Source: a bacterium (lineage in GTDB: Bacteria; Hinthialibacterota; Hinthialibacteria; Hinthialibacterales; Hinthialibacteraceae). Taken from it: 64,000 nucleotides of DNA. Of this stretch, positions 29,584 to 39,579 are shown one piece after another. The DNA lies in assembly GCA_963662285.2 (NCBI GenBank), contig CAXXMV010000001.1, positions 800,001-864,000 on the forward strand, in the 5' to 3' direction. Numbering within the stretch: position 1 is the first letter of the stretch; each line of letters begins with the position of its first letter. The position numbers and the translations under genes were made by a program. Below the pieces are notes generated by a model that searched no databases, had not been told where the DNA came from, and saw only the letters and a program-made list of their open reading frames with translations.

Positions 29584-30681
29584 ATGAAATCAAAAAAATT
29601 GCAAATCATTATTGCATTGACGATTGGTCTGGGCTGTCTATACCTGTTTGCCAAAGACCAGAACTGGTCAGAAGTCTGGCTGGCGATGAAAAGCGCAAAC
29701 CTGGGATGGGTATTGCTGGCAATTATATTATCCATCAATTCGATCTTGATTCGCGCTTTCCGCTGGCGCATGTTATTAGGAGAACCCAAGGTTCCGGTTA
29801 TAAAACTTTTTTTGATTGCGAATATTGGTTTCATGGGAAACGGGATTTTCCCGGCCCGTATGGGAGAATTATTACGGCCATTTCTAGTATGGAAAATGAC
29901 GCCCCATGCATTTTCGACCGCGCTGGCGACCATTATTGTGGAACGCATCTATGACCTGATGGGCTTATTGCTGATTCTGGCTTTCGTATTTATGGTTTTT
30001 CCCTTCCCGGCAATGCAGGGTCAGCCAGCCGAACTGGCGGCATCTGCACAAGGCGGTCAATTAACACAGGATATCATGAATACCGATCCTAGAGCGTATA
30101 TCCAGGGATTGGCGAAGTTGGGCGTGTTAGTCTTCATTACAATGTTCGGCGCAATAGCCGTTATGAGTTATGCGCCACAGTGGAGTCTAAAAGTCGCCCG
30201 TATTATATTTAAACCATTGCCAACAGGCATCTCAGGCAAATTGTTAAAAGCCATAGAATCATTCGAGAAAGGCGCCGTGACCTTCCGCAAACCACTGCAT
30301 TTTTTATATTGCGTAATGTGGACCATCCTTCTCTGGGTATCAATTGCTTTCAGCGAACTCTTAATATTATGGGCGCTAGGCGTTGATACGGTTGGAATGA
30401 CCGGCGCACTGTTTTTAATGGCGGGATTATGCTTCGCGGTGATGTTTCCCCAAGCTCCGGGCTATATCGGGGTATACCATTTCGCAGTGCAATTGATTCT
30501 GGTAAAAACATTTCTGATCGATTCAACCACCGCCACTGCGGCGGCGTGGATCATGTGGTTATCGCAAGTGCCGCCAGTGATTGCAGCGGGCTTTACGTCT
30601 TTGTTAATAATGGGAATTTCGTTTAAGGAAATCAGTCATGTCCGGGAAGAGATTCCTGAAGATATGCCGGAAAATTCTTAA
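29584..30681 (+). CDS. Lysylphosphatidylglycerol synthase TM-domain (flippase-like, AglD2/UPF0104) protein
   Basis: RAFRW; GFMGN..FPARMGE..R; ERIYD; PQAPGYIGVY. Confidence 0.9.
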   Translation: MKSKKLQIIIALTIGLGCLYLFAKDQNWSEVWLAMKSANLGWVLLAIILSINSILIRAFRWRMLLGEPKVPVIKLFLIANIGFMGNGIFPARMGELLRPFLVWKMTPHAFSTALATIIVERIYDLMGLLLILAFVFMVFPFPAMQGQPAELAASAQGGQLTQDIMNTDPRAYIQGLAKLGVLVFITMFGAIAVMSYAPQWSLKVARIIFKPLPTGISGKLLKAIESFEKGAVTFRKPLHFLYCVMWTILLWVSIAFSELLILWALGVDTVGMTGALFLMAGLCFAVMFPQAPGYIGVYHFAVQLILVKTFLIDSTTATAAAWIMWLSQVPPVIAAGFTSLLIMGISFKEISHVREEIPEDMPENS

Positions 30682-30691
30682 TGAAAAAACA

Positions 30692-31144
30692 ATGAAGTTA
30701 CCCTTAGACCTCGACTTATGCACTCAAGAAAGTTTACTCGAATGGATCAATGGCCTGGATGTTACGCTGGATATCCAGGAACTTGACCGTTATCCATCAC
30801 GCCCGTTAATCTTCTCTGATTATCGTAACGATCCACCCGTCATTACGATCTACCGCTATCTTCCTATGGAAAACTGGCTTAATTTAATGAGTCAACGCAG
30901 CGTGGGCTACTATGGCCCCTGGTATTGCCTGCATATCGCATATCGTTTATATTTTTATCTGGAATTTAATGGTTTGTTTGAAATAGAACGTAAATGGTAT
31001 CATAACCTTTTCGGTGGATTAGATACCACCGAAGCGCGGGCTTATCGCTTCACCAAAGAAATCCTGGGGACATTACGCCATCCCTCCCGCTTCGATGCAC
31101 ACGTCAGACTGGCCTTTCAACCGGGAGTGACGCCATTGTCATGA
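30692..31144 (+). CDS. Hypothetical protein (possible degenerate zincin-like fold)
   Basis: Starts 11 nt after the preceding stop; contains LHIAYRLYFYLE and TEARAYRFTKEILG. Confidence 0.65.
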   Translation: MKLPLDLDLCTQESLLEWINGLDVTLDIQELDRYPSRPLIFSDYRNDPPVITIYRYLPMENWLNLMSQRSVGYYGPWYCLHIAYRLYFYLEFNGLFEIERKWYHNLFGGLDTTEARAYRFTKEILGTLRHPSRFDAHVRLAFQPGVTPLS

Positions 31145-31285
31145 TTTCTTGTTATTTCATAAAATTTATATGAATAGGAATCTTTTATTCTAGTAACCAT
31201 GGTCTGGATCAATCAACTTATCTTTTTGTGATTAAGAATAAATAGAAATCGAGTTAAATTGTCAAAAAATTGTAAAAATGTTCGT

Positions 31286-31423
31286 TCAGATAATCTCAAT
31301 CTGTGAAAAAGATTGGAGGGCTTTTCTTTTTTCTTCCTCTAATACATTCAAATACCGGTTAGTAGTAACGATAGTTGTATGACCGAATATTTCCTTGACG
31401 ACCGCAATTCGGAGAGTTCCCAT
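31286..31423 (-). pseudogene. Tyrosine recombinase/integrase C-terminal remnant
   Basis: My translation: MGTLRIAVVKEIFGHTTIVTTNRYLNVLEEEKRKALQSFSQIEII*. It carries the box II motif (L/F)GH..I.TT.RY with the catalytic Tyr; the rest of the gene is absent. Confidence 0.8.
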
Positions 31424-31655
31424 TTCTCCATGAGTTATGTGATAGATAATTTACTGTATTATGGTATTATCAACATAAATATTGAATTATATATTAGATG
31501 GTATTGAGAAGAGTACACCGCTTTTGCATCCGCTTACCAAAAGAATATTCTATAATCTTTTGCCATAAATTTATGTGATAACTTTCCTTGAAAATTCGAA
31601 ATGATAGGAAAATATGTGGCGCAAAAGAAATAAAAATTCATTTTGCGCGTTTTCT

Positions 31656-32948
31656 TCATTCACCAGGATTCATCGTATTTATCCAGTTCAAGATTTCCTG
31701 GCTGGCAATTTGGTGACCTAATTCAGTAAAATGGCCGTCGATGGGGTAATATATTGCATGGTTACTTTCTCTGGCTGCTTTTTGAAGCGGCTTTGTTAAA
31801 GAAATGAAGGGGATATTATTCTCACTAGACCAGCTTGATAGATAATAACCAGTATTATACCGGAGACCATCTAATGAAGGGATATAAACCAAAACCATTG
31901 GAATTTTATTTTTTTGGCATAATTTGTTAGACAGCAATATGTATTGCAATGATTTTTCATAATCCTGTTTGGATGCATTTGGATGAAATAGAATTTCTTG
32001 ACTGGGATTTACTCTGTCGAAATTATTATATTTTTTTCCCTTAAAAAGATTCCAAAGTTGATCAAGACTCTTTTCTGATAGAATATTCTCAGAAATGTAG
32101 GGAAATTCGATCCTGACATTTGCATCATTTATCGGATTTATTTTTAACTTGATAGAAGAATGTTGATAAATTTTTTCGATTTCTTCTGCTAATGAGCATT
32201 CATAATGAAGTTCTTTGGATTCCATCCCGGGTATTTTGATAAAAAAAGATCCAATAATCCAACTCAAGCGAATATGACTCAGTGGTTTAGCAAATGACCT
32301 CAAATGTTTTAAGTATGAATGTGACTGATGGAAAGGCAGCCGTTCAATTGAATCATTCTTTATTTTCAATTGTAAGATTTGAGTATACCGCATATCATCC
32401 CATACATCATTATCAAATAATTGAAGAAAAATCAGGTTGATATCCTTAAAAGTTTTTATAAGTTTGGGAATACGGAAATAGAAATCAGAGGGGCTGGTCC
32501 CTCGAATCCCGGCGTTAATACATTCAATGCTATGGTTGGAATCTTTTTCTATTAATTCGGTAAAACTCTCTTCATGTTCAACTCCAAAGCCCTCAGTAAG
32601 AGAATCGCCGATAAATAGACAGCGTAATCCGTTATGCTGCTTATATTTGTAATTCTCTTCATCCCGTAATCCTTTAGAGTTGATTTTGTAATGATTTTGA
32701 AATTCCGCAGTTGATGATATGGCGATAGATTCTGTATTGGGAACAAAGCGGACAAATTCCGGGTAACTTGGAAGAGTCATCCCATTCATAGCGAAACAAT
32801 CAACTTTTTCGGGGATGTTCAGGTTGGTGTAACGAATAAATATTTCAACTATAACTAGAGAGAAAGTAGTTGATAAACAGACAAGAATAAAATTTATTGA
32901 AAAATTCCGTAAACGGTTTATCCAAGGTGATTTTACATTTGTATGCAT
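31656..32948 (-). CDS. SGNH/GDSL hydrolase-family membrane-anchored protein
   Basis: INSKGLRD; FIGDSLTEG; INAG; FDND; DGHF...GH; N-terminal TM; visibly AT-rich. Confidence 0.88.
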   Translation of the reverse strand: MHTNVKSPWINRLRNFSINFILVCLSTTFSLVIVEIFIRYTNLNIPEKVDCFAMNGMTLPSYPEFVRFVPNTESIAISSTAEFQNHYKINSKGLRDEENYKYKQHNGLRCLFIGDSLTEGFGVEHEESFTELIEKDSNHSIECINAGIRGTSPSDFYFRIPKLIKTFKDINLIFLQLFDNDVWDDMRYTQILQLKIKNDSIERLPFHQSHSYLKHLRSFAKPLSHIRLSWIIGSFFIKIPGMESKELHYECSLAEEIEKIYQHSSIKLKINPINDANVRIEFPYISENILSEKSLDQLWNLFKGKKYNNFDRVNPSQEILFHPNASKQDYEKSLQYILLSNKLCQKNKIPMVLVYIPSLDGLRYNTGYYLSSWSSENNIPFISLTKPLQKAARESNHAIYYPIDGHFTELGHQIASQEILNWINTMNPGE

Positions 32949-33143
32949 TGTGAATATTATAAGATCGTTAGAGTAGTTTTCATAATAATGTTCTGATTGA
33001 CTTTTTCGAAGACCAAGTGTGATAATAAACAAACATAATTTTGCTAATCGTTCTAATAATAATTTACTAAACTCCAAGGCAGATTATTATCTTCATAACG
33101 CTTTTGATACCTATATTAGCGTTAAGGATTGGATGTTGCATGA

Positions 33144-33662
33144 CTAGAGTGGTTCTTTTGATTGAAGGCCGATCCAATCAATGGAGATATTATCTATGGC
33201 TTTTAGTCGCTCGATCAGTTGGCCTGCGTGGTGTTGTATATGCCTGATATTGATAAACTGAAATTCCATCTTATTGCAAGGATACCACCAGAACCCCGAT
33301 TCCGCTTCCATATCCAATTGAGCCGTTCTGGTTTCGACCTCTTGGCGGCAGAATTGATAATACTCAAGAATATCTTCTTTGCTGTATGGTTCGCCGATTT
33401 TCGGTTCACGATGCGGCGGCCAGGGGAGAGGCCCCATGAATTGGTGCTCATCCCGGTGTTTGATCCAGGCAGTAAACTGTTTGTCAGAATTCTGAAGATA
33501 GAGGTGAGTGAAAAACAGCGTATGGTATGAGATATGCCAGAACTTATTATGATAGGCCGGATCATTCCAGGCGTCATCGGGACATTTGGTGATAGCGTTG
33601 CGCAGCATTTCGAGAGAAACAAGATATTGATCTTTAACAATACTATTAATGTCCATTTTCAT
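33144..33662 (-). CDS. DinB-family protein
   Basis: FWHISYHTLFF..LY and NIRHIQHHAGQL. Confidence 0.88.
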   Translation of the reverse strand: MKMDINSIVKDQYLVSLEMLRNAITKCPDDAWNDPAYHNKFWHISYHTLFFTHLYLQNSDKQFTAWIKHRDEHQFMGPLPWPPHREPKIGEPYSKEDILEYYQFCRQEVETRTAQLDMEAESGFWWYPCNKMEFQFINIRHIQHHAGQLIERLKAIDNISIDWIGLQSKEPL

Positions 33663-33749
33663 TCACCCCTCTCACGGTAGGATGTGAAACTTTATCTTGC
33701 ATCAGCATATCGATAGAAGAAACAATTTTAAGTGATTATAGTTTCATTT

Positions 33750-34439
33750 TCATATATCATCCAAGGCAGTTTCCTGCTGCTTTGGAATCAGGCTTTGGCG
33801 TGAGGTTTGGTGAATGGCGCCATCCTGGAAGATGAAGATTTGGTCTGCCAGTTTTATTGCTTCATTGCGGTTATGGGTTATGTGCAGCGTGGTGACTCCG
33901 GTTTCCTGGACGATTTTTTTCAGCAAGCTGCACATATCGTTGCGCGTATCGTAATCCAGTGCGCTGAGCGGTTCGTCCAGACAAAGGATATCCGGTTTAA
34001 AGGCTAACGCCCGCGCCAGAGCGATGCGCTGGCGCTCGCCGCCGCTTAGGCCATGCGGTTTACGATCCAGCAGATGAGTGACGCCTACCGCCTCGGCTAT
34101 TTCATCAACCCGCTCGTAGATGGCTTGGCGTTTCCATTTACGCACGGACAGGGCGAAGCCGATGTTTTTCCGTACTGACATGGTGGTGAAGATAGCGCCT
34201 TCCTGGGGTACGAATCCAATGCCGCGCTCCGCAGGTTTAAGGTTGGTGACATCACGTCCACCGAGATGGATTGATCCACTGGCGACGCGGCGTAAACCGC
34301 AAATGGCTTCGAGGACAGTGGTTTTGCCGCAGCCGGTTTTGCCCATTAAGACGCCGTATTGGCTCTTCTCGATGGTCATGTTGACCTGATGTAATTTGAA
34401 ATGCCCCAAGCGGATGGATAAATCGTTTATAATAATCAT
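33750..34439 (-). CDS. modC: Molybdate/tungstate ABC ATPase
   Basis: GKTGCGKTT, LSGGERQR, LDEP; last gene of a modAB-like operon. Confidence 0.85.
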   Translation of the reverse strand: MIIINDLSIRLGHFKLHQVNMTIEKSQYGVLMGKTGCGKTTVLEAICGLRRVASGSIHLGGRDVTNLKPAERGIGFVPQEGAIFTTMSVRKNIGFALSVRKWKRQAIYERVDEIAEAVGVTHLLDRKPHGLSGGERQRIALARALAFKPDILCLDEPLSALDYDTRNDMCSLLKKIVQETGVTTLHITHNRNEAIKLADQIFIFQDGAIHQTSRQSLIPKQQETALDDI

Positions 34440-35383
34440 ACCGCCCCCCGCTGACTTTCGAATGTTTTTCCACCAAACATGCGAACCACCACCAAGACCA
34501 ACACCGCTACGGCCACCATGATGAGGGAGACGGCCAAGGCGCCTTTGACATTACCGATGCCTAATTCGAGAAATACGGAGACAGGCAACACCTCGGTACG
34601 CATACGCACCGAACCGGCGAACACCAGAATCGGTCCAAACTCGCCCAAGGCCCTGGCCCAGGACAGGGTGAAGGCGGTCATGACGCCGCGCCAGGACTGA
34701 GGAAACACTACGCGCCAGAAAGCCTGACCATGGCTGCAACCAAGAGTAAGAGCGACATCTTCATGACGCCGCGATATCTGGTCATAAGTGGCCCGCATAG
34801 TTCGTACAGCGAAAGCGCAGGCAACCAAGAACTGTGCGAGAATAACCGCCGGAATTTGAAAGACTATGCCTAAGTCGCGTCCCAGGATGAGGTTTGATAG
34901 ATAACGGAAGGCATCATCAATAGTGAATGGATCGGATTCGGTTCCACCAATGGGCAGGCCAAAAAGTATCAGCAAACTAAGCCCGATAACCAGGGGAGGC
35001 AGAATGATCGGTATATCGAGTACTGAATCGATCAGGAAACTACCAGGGAATTGATAGCGCGACATCAGGTATCCTATGGGCACGGAAACTATCACGGATA
35101 GAATAGCTGTGATAGTGCAGGTGATAAGACTTAGACGTATGGCGTACTGAATGTTCTGGTCGGACAGCGCGTTGACGAAATCCTGATATTCTATTTTGAT
35201 AATCCCGGCGCCGATCATGGCGACAATGGCCAAGACATATAATGCGCTGGTTAAACCGAAGGCAGTGAAAAAAGGCATATCGCTTTTAACGCGATATGCC
35301 TTGCCGTGTTTCAATTCTGTAGAGATGGCTGGATTATTCTCCGGCTCACCGTGATTTGCAATATTATTGGTCGGATGGTTCAT
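34436..35383 (-). CDS. modB: Molybdate ABC permease
   Basis: DIPIILPPLVIG; EAA-like loop; WARALGEFG. Confidence 0.9.
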   Translation of the reverse strand: MNHPTNNIANHGEPENNPAISTELKHGKAYRVKSDMPFFTAFGLTSALYVLAIVAMIGAGIIKIEYQDFVNALSDQNIQYAIRLSLITCTITAILSVIVSVPIGYLMSRYQFPGSFLIDSVLDIPIILPPLVIGLSLLILFGLPIGGTESDPFTIDDAFRYLSNLILGRDLGIVFQIPAVILAQFLVACAFAVRTMRATYDQISRRHEDVALTLGCSHGQAFWRVVFPQSWRGVMTAFTLSWARALGEFGPILVFAGSVRMRTEVLPVSVFLELGIGNVKGALAVSLIMVAVAVLVLVVVRMFGGKTFESQRGAV

Positions 35384-36875
35384 TTAATTTAAATTCAAAA
35401 CCGGCTTTTTTGTATCGATCTTCTGTATGTTCCAGCGCGGCGAGAAAACGTTGCAATAGATATTTATGCTTCGACTGCTTGCCTATGGTATAGGTTTGAA
35501 CCGCCACGGCGCCGGAATGGTCTATAGGAACAATGGCGGCGTCTCCCTTTTGGGTCACCAGGGTGGCGTTTGATTCATAGCATAGCGCGGCATCCAGGTT
35601 TCCGGTAAGGATGGGCGCCACTAGAAATTCACCAGTGGGAACCTGGACGGCGATATTACCGGATTTTTGCAGTTTATCCCATTTTCCCATCTCTTGCAGC
35701 ATTTTAACCGTCAGATGCCCCATAGCGCTCTGTTGGGGATTGCCCATACCTACTTTGATGCCCGGCTTGAGTAGATCATCAACAGATTTAATGCGGTCTT
35801 TGAAAGCAGGGGCGACGATAATGACAATATTCATAGATGACACTGCTTTGACGTCAAAAAATAAGTCGGTCACATCCGCCATGAAAGAGGCGTCGCAGGA
35901 ATGGTAAACATCAGGTCTCTGCCCCAGTTTCATTTGTCCTACCAGAATACCGCATCCATTGTAAACCGTATTGAAAAGCACGTTTTCACGTTCGGCAAAC
36001 TCTTTCAGAGTTTCTTCGATGGCGCGTCGATTGACGCCTCCGGCGAAATAGGTAATCTGTGGTTTCTCAGCCCAGGCGTCGCCATCTTCAATGGTCGGCC
36101 ATTGCTTCTCTGCGAATCGTTTCAAGCCCCGGTCACGCGCAGATAGATAGCGGGCGAACTTGAGCGCCTCGGTGGGAGTACGGGAAAAAGATAAAACGCC
36201 GATAGTCACTTGATCGATGAAATCATCGGTTTGGGGAATAGCGATCATCTCCAACTGTTGGCTATATTGCAATACGGTTGAATCCCAGATGAGCCCGACA
36301 TCAACCATGCCCAAGAGCAGATCGTTGGCCACTTCGTTGACGGTTGGTTTGTAGACGCCATTTTTATCGACGCGTGTTTTTACTTTATCCCACAGATTGA
36401 ATTTTTGCAGCAGGGCGACTGAGGCCCGTCCTACTGCAGCTGTTTGGTTAGCCAGAGAGACGACGACATCTTCACGGGCTAAGTCGCTAAGCGTTTTAAT
36501 TTTTTTGGGATTGCCTTTCCTGACCGCAATAACCGGGCGCTGATAGGCGATAGGCATGGCTTCGCGCACCAGACCTTTTTGACGCGCAATGTTAATATGA
36601 TCCTGATCAGCCGCCAGGTACAAGTCGCCCTTCCTGGCTACATCCATGATGCTGATAAGAGCGCCTGAACCCGCCCAGATGGGCTGTACTTCGACGCCGT
36701 ATTCTTTTTTATAATCCTTAATCACATCTTCAACCGCATAACGTATGCCAGCAGCGCAATAGAGGGTTAAGGTTTTAGGTTGAGCCGCGCGGCTGTTGAT
36801 ACCAGTAGAATTAAAGAAAATACATAGCGCCAGAATTCTTACAACATATATGGAACAATATAGAACTCGATTCAT
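35364..36875 (-). CDS. modA: Molybdate-binding protein with two tandem ModA-like domains
   Basis: Domain 1: CAAG, GSGAL, DLYLAAD, KGNPK. Domain 2: FAGG, GCGILV, DVYHSCD, GNPQQSAMG. Confidence 0.85.
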   Translation of the reverse strand: MNRVLYCSIYVVRILALCIFFNSTGINSRAAQPKTLTLYCAAGIRYAVEDVIKDYKKEYGVEVQPIWAGSGALISIMDVARKGDLYLAADQDHINIARQKGLVREAMPIAYQRPVIAVRKGNPKKIKTLSDLAREDVVVSLANQTAAVGRASVALLQKFNLWDKVKTRVDKNGVYKPTVNEVANDLLLGMVDVGLIWDSTVLQYSQQLEMIAIPQTDDFIDQVTIGVLSFSRTPTEALKFARYLSARDRGLKRFAEKQWPTIEDGDAWAEKPQITYFAGGVNRRAIEETLKEFAERENVLFNTVYNGCGILVGQMKLGQRPDVYHSCDASFMADVTDLFFDVKAVSSMNIVIIVAPAFKDRIKSVDDLLKPGIKVGMGNPQQSAMGHLTVKMLQEMGKWDKLQKSGNIAVQVPTGEFLVAPILTGNLDAALCYESNATLVTQKGDAAIVPIDHSGAVAVQTYTIGKQSKHKYLLQRFLAALEHTEDRYKKAGFEFKLNEPSDQ

Positions 36876-36997
36876 AATACAAGAAACTCCAATTCATTGA
36901 GATAACGAATTATAAACTTTCTCATTATAGAATACAAAATTCCACCAGTGTTAATAGCGTGTTAATAATGCACTATGAATATGCCGATTAGAAGAAA

Positions 36998-38008
36998 TTA
37001 AAACATAACCGGGGCGCCGTTTTTTTGCAGGGACTTTGAAGCGCCTTCGAGAACTTTGACCACCCGCAGACCATCACGCCCATCACTGCGCGGCGTTTGA
37101 CCGGAAAGTATGCAATCGACGAAATGCTGGATTTCGGTGATTAATGGTTCTGATTGGGATACAACGGGAATATGAATAGCTCCATGCCGAACCGAAATAG
37201 CTTCGATGGTATCAGCGCTGGATTTCTTAACCGTGGCGCTTTTGTCATAAATACGGATTTTTTCGCTGGGATGCATATCATCGAAAACGACCATTTTCTC
37301 CGAGCCGACAATTACCAGTTTGCGTTCTTTGTTTGGATCCAGCCATGAAACATGAAACTGCGCCATACGATTTCCAGGGAACATCATGGAGACAAAAACC
37401 ACATCTTCTATAGTTGGTTGGATAGATGCCAGCCCCGTCGCCGAGACCGATTCCGGTTCTAATCCCATAAGATAGAGGATCACCGAGACGTCATGGGGCG
37501 CCAGGGACCATAGGGAATTTTCATCCTGCCGCACTACGCCCAGATTCAAGCGTTTTGAATAAAGATACCTTATCTCTCCCAATTCACCTTGATCAACCAG
37601 GTCTTTTAATTGATTTACGGCGGCATGATACTCCAGCAGGTGACCCACCATCAAGGTGCGATTCAACCGCTCCGCCTCATCCACCAGGGTTTGCGCATCA
37701 CTGGAGGTAAGGGTCATGGGTTTTTCGACGTACACATGCTTGCCCGCCTGAAGCGCTTGCATAGCCATAGAGAAATGCATCGGCGCGGGAGTAGCCAACA
37801 GCACAGCATTGATCTCGTCAGAGTTCAATACCTCTGAATATTCATGATATATTTTTGCGGATGGATAGAGCGCTGAGTATTTCTTCAACTCATCCGGATT
37901 GGAATCGCAAATGGCGGCCAACCGGGCGTTCTTGACGCTACTGGAGACGCGCAGAACATTCTTACCCCACAAACCTAAACCGATGGAAGCTATGTTTATA
38001 TTATTCAT
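36998..38008 (-). CDS. Gfo/Idh/MocA oxidoreductase (WlbA-like, nucleotide-sugar type)
   Basis: GLGLWG, ATPA..H, VEKP, LAPHD, SWLDPNKER. Confidence 0.9.
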   Translation of the reverse strand: MNNINIASIGLGLWGKNVLRVSSSVKNARLAAICDSNPDELKKYSALYPSAKIYHEYSEVLNSDEINAVLLATPAPMHFSMAMQALQAGKHVYVEKPMTLTSSDAQTLVDEAERLNRTLMVGHLLEYHAAVNQLKDLVDQGELGEIRYLYSKRLNLGVVRQDENSLWSLAPHDVSVILYLMGLEPESVSATGLASIQPTIEDVVFVSMMFPGNRMAQFHVSWLDPNKERKLVIVGSEKMVVFDDMHPSEKIRIYDKSATVKKSSADTIEAISVRHGAIHIPVVSQSEPLITEIQHFVDCILSGQTPRSDGRDGLRVVKVLEGASKSLQKNGAPVMF

Positions 38009-38178
38009 TTTTCCCCAACAACCTTTTGCGCAAGAGTAAAAATACAGAATGTTTTAGAGACGACAGCTATCATTGTAGCATGGTTGTAGTGTATTATTTA
38101 TAATAATTGAAGCATGACATTAGCAATTATTGTAGAATATTGTGGTTAATATCAGTTTAGAAAAGTGGAGATGGGAAA

Positions 38179-39489
38179 ATGAAAAAGAAAACTAATCGCA
38201 GAAATTTCATTAAAACCGCATCGGCGTTATCGGCCTCAACTTTTATAATTCCCGCCAGCGTGTTGGGTATGGGAAAACAGGCCTCCGCCAATGACCGCAT
38301 CAATGTGGGATGCATCGGGGTTGGTCCGCGTGGGACGGATGGTCTCCGTGGTTTGTTAAAAAATAAAACCTGTCAGGTTACAACGCTATGCGACCTGAAA
38401 AGCAATGTGCTTGAAGAGAAGAAGAACCTTGTCAACGAGTTCTATGAAAATAAAGATTGCCAGACTTATCACGACTTTAACCAGTTAGTCGCCCGTAAGG
38501 ATATCGATGCCTGTCTGGTCGCTACCTGCGACCATTGGCATGTTCTAACCTCGCTGGCGGCGGTTCGTTCTGGCAAAGATGTTTATATGGAAAAACCGAT
38601 GGGGCTGACCCTCGAAGAGGATCAGGTCATGCGCGAGGCAGTTCATAAGCATAAACGGATTTTCCAATTCGGAACCCAGCAGCGTTCAGACGCCAAGTTC
38701 CGCCAGGCATGTGAATTGGTGCGCAATGGCAAGATAGGCGAGCTTAAGTCAATCAATGTTTGGTCGCCGGGTAGTATAGAGGGAGGCGAGTCAACCCAGG
38801 TACCAGCCCCGGAATGGCTTGATTATAATTTCTGGCTGGGACCATCAAAATTCACGCCTTACACAATAGACCGCTGCTCTAACAGCCTGTGGTGGTTTAT
38901 ATCCGATTATGCGCTTGGTTTCATCGCCGGCTGGGGCATCCATCCGATTGATATAGCCCTATGGGGCGCCGAAGATAAATTCGATGGTCCCTGGGAAGTA
39001 GAAGGTACCGGAACATTCCCGACCACCGGCGTTTGCGACACTGCTATGAACTGGAATGTGAAAATAAAGTTAGGCAGCGGAGTAAAGATTAATTTCACCG
39101 GCACGCCCTGCCCTGCTGAATGGTTAAAACGCTATGATGATATGGAAAGCAGTCATGGAACAGCGTTTGAAGGCAGCGAAGGCTGGATTTATGTTAAACG
39201 CGGTGTGATTAAAGCCAGTTCAGAAAGCATATTGAAAGCCAAAATCGATCAGCCATTATACAAGAGCGATAACCATGTCGACAATTTCCTCGATTGCATC
39301 CGCAGCCGCAAAGAAGCCGTCAGTTCGATTGATGCTGCGGTACGCGGTGATACGCTATGTCATATCAGTGATATTGCTATCCGGCGGGAAGAAAAGATGG
39401 TCTTTGATCCCAAGACTGAAAAATTTATCGATAACAATGAAGCCAATAAACGCTTGATGCGCCCCATGCGCGCGCCTTGGCATTTGTAA
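38179..39489 (+). CDS. Tat-exported Gfo/Idh/MocA oxidoreductase
   Basis: NRRNFIK; IGVGPRG; DHWH; EKP; GTQQRS; WGIH. Confidence 0.92.
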   Translation: MKKKTNRRNFIKTASALSASTFIIPASVLGMGKQASANDRINVGCIGVGPRGTDGLRGLLKNKTCQVTTLCDLKSNVLEEKKNLVNEFYENKDCQTYHDFNQLVARKDIDACLVATCDHWHVLTSLAAVRSGKDVYMEKPMGLTLEEDQVMREAVHKHKRIFQFGTQQRSDAKFRQACELVRNGKIGELKSINVWSPGSIEGGESTQVPAPEWLDYNFWLGPSKFTPYTIDRCSNSLWWFISDYALGFIAGWGIHPIDIALWGAEDKFDGPWEVEGTGTFPTTGVCDTAMNWNVKIKLGSGVKINFTGTPCPAEWLKRYDDMESSHGTAFEGSEGWIYVKRGVIKASSESILKAKIDQPLYKSDNHVDNFLDCIRSRKEAVSSIDAAVRGDTLCHISDIAIRREEKMVFDPKTEKFIDNNEANKRLMRPMRAPWHL

Positions 39490-39517
39490 TATTACAGAAT
39501 AGTTATTTCTTATTCAT

Positions 39518-39562
39518 ATTGGCCATACCCCAAGCAGTTGCTGGAGCATGGCCAATTTTTTT
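39518..39562 (+). terminator. Rho-independent terminator between convergent genes
   Basis: ATTGGCCAT...ATGGCCAAT followed by a T-tract. Confidence 0.75.
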
Positions 39563-39579
39563 GCTCTTTTGATAATTCT

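Noticed and set aside
36876-36997. Moco riboswitch or ModE box upstream of modA; GTGTTAATA direct repeat
   Set aside because: No recognisable consensus, and the 9-bp repeat alone is too weak.
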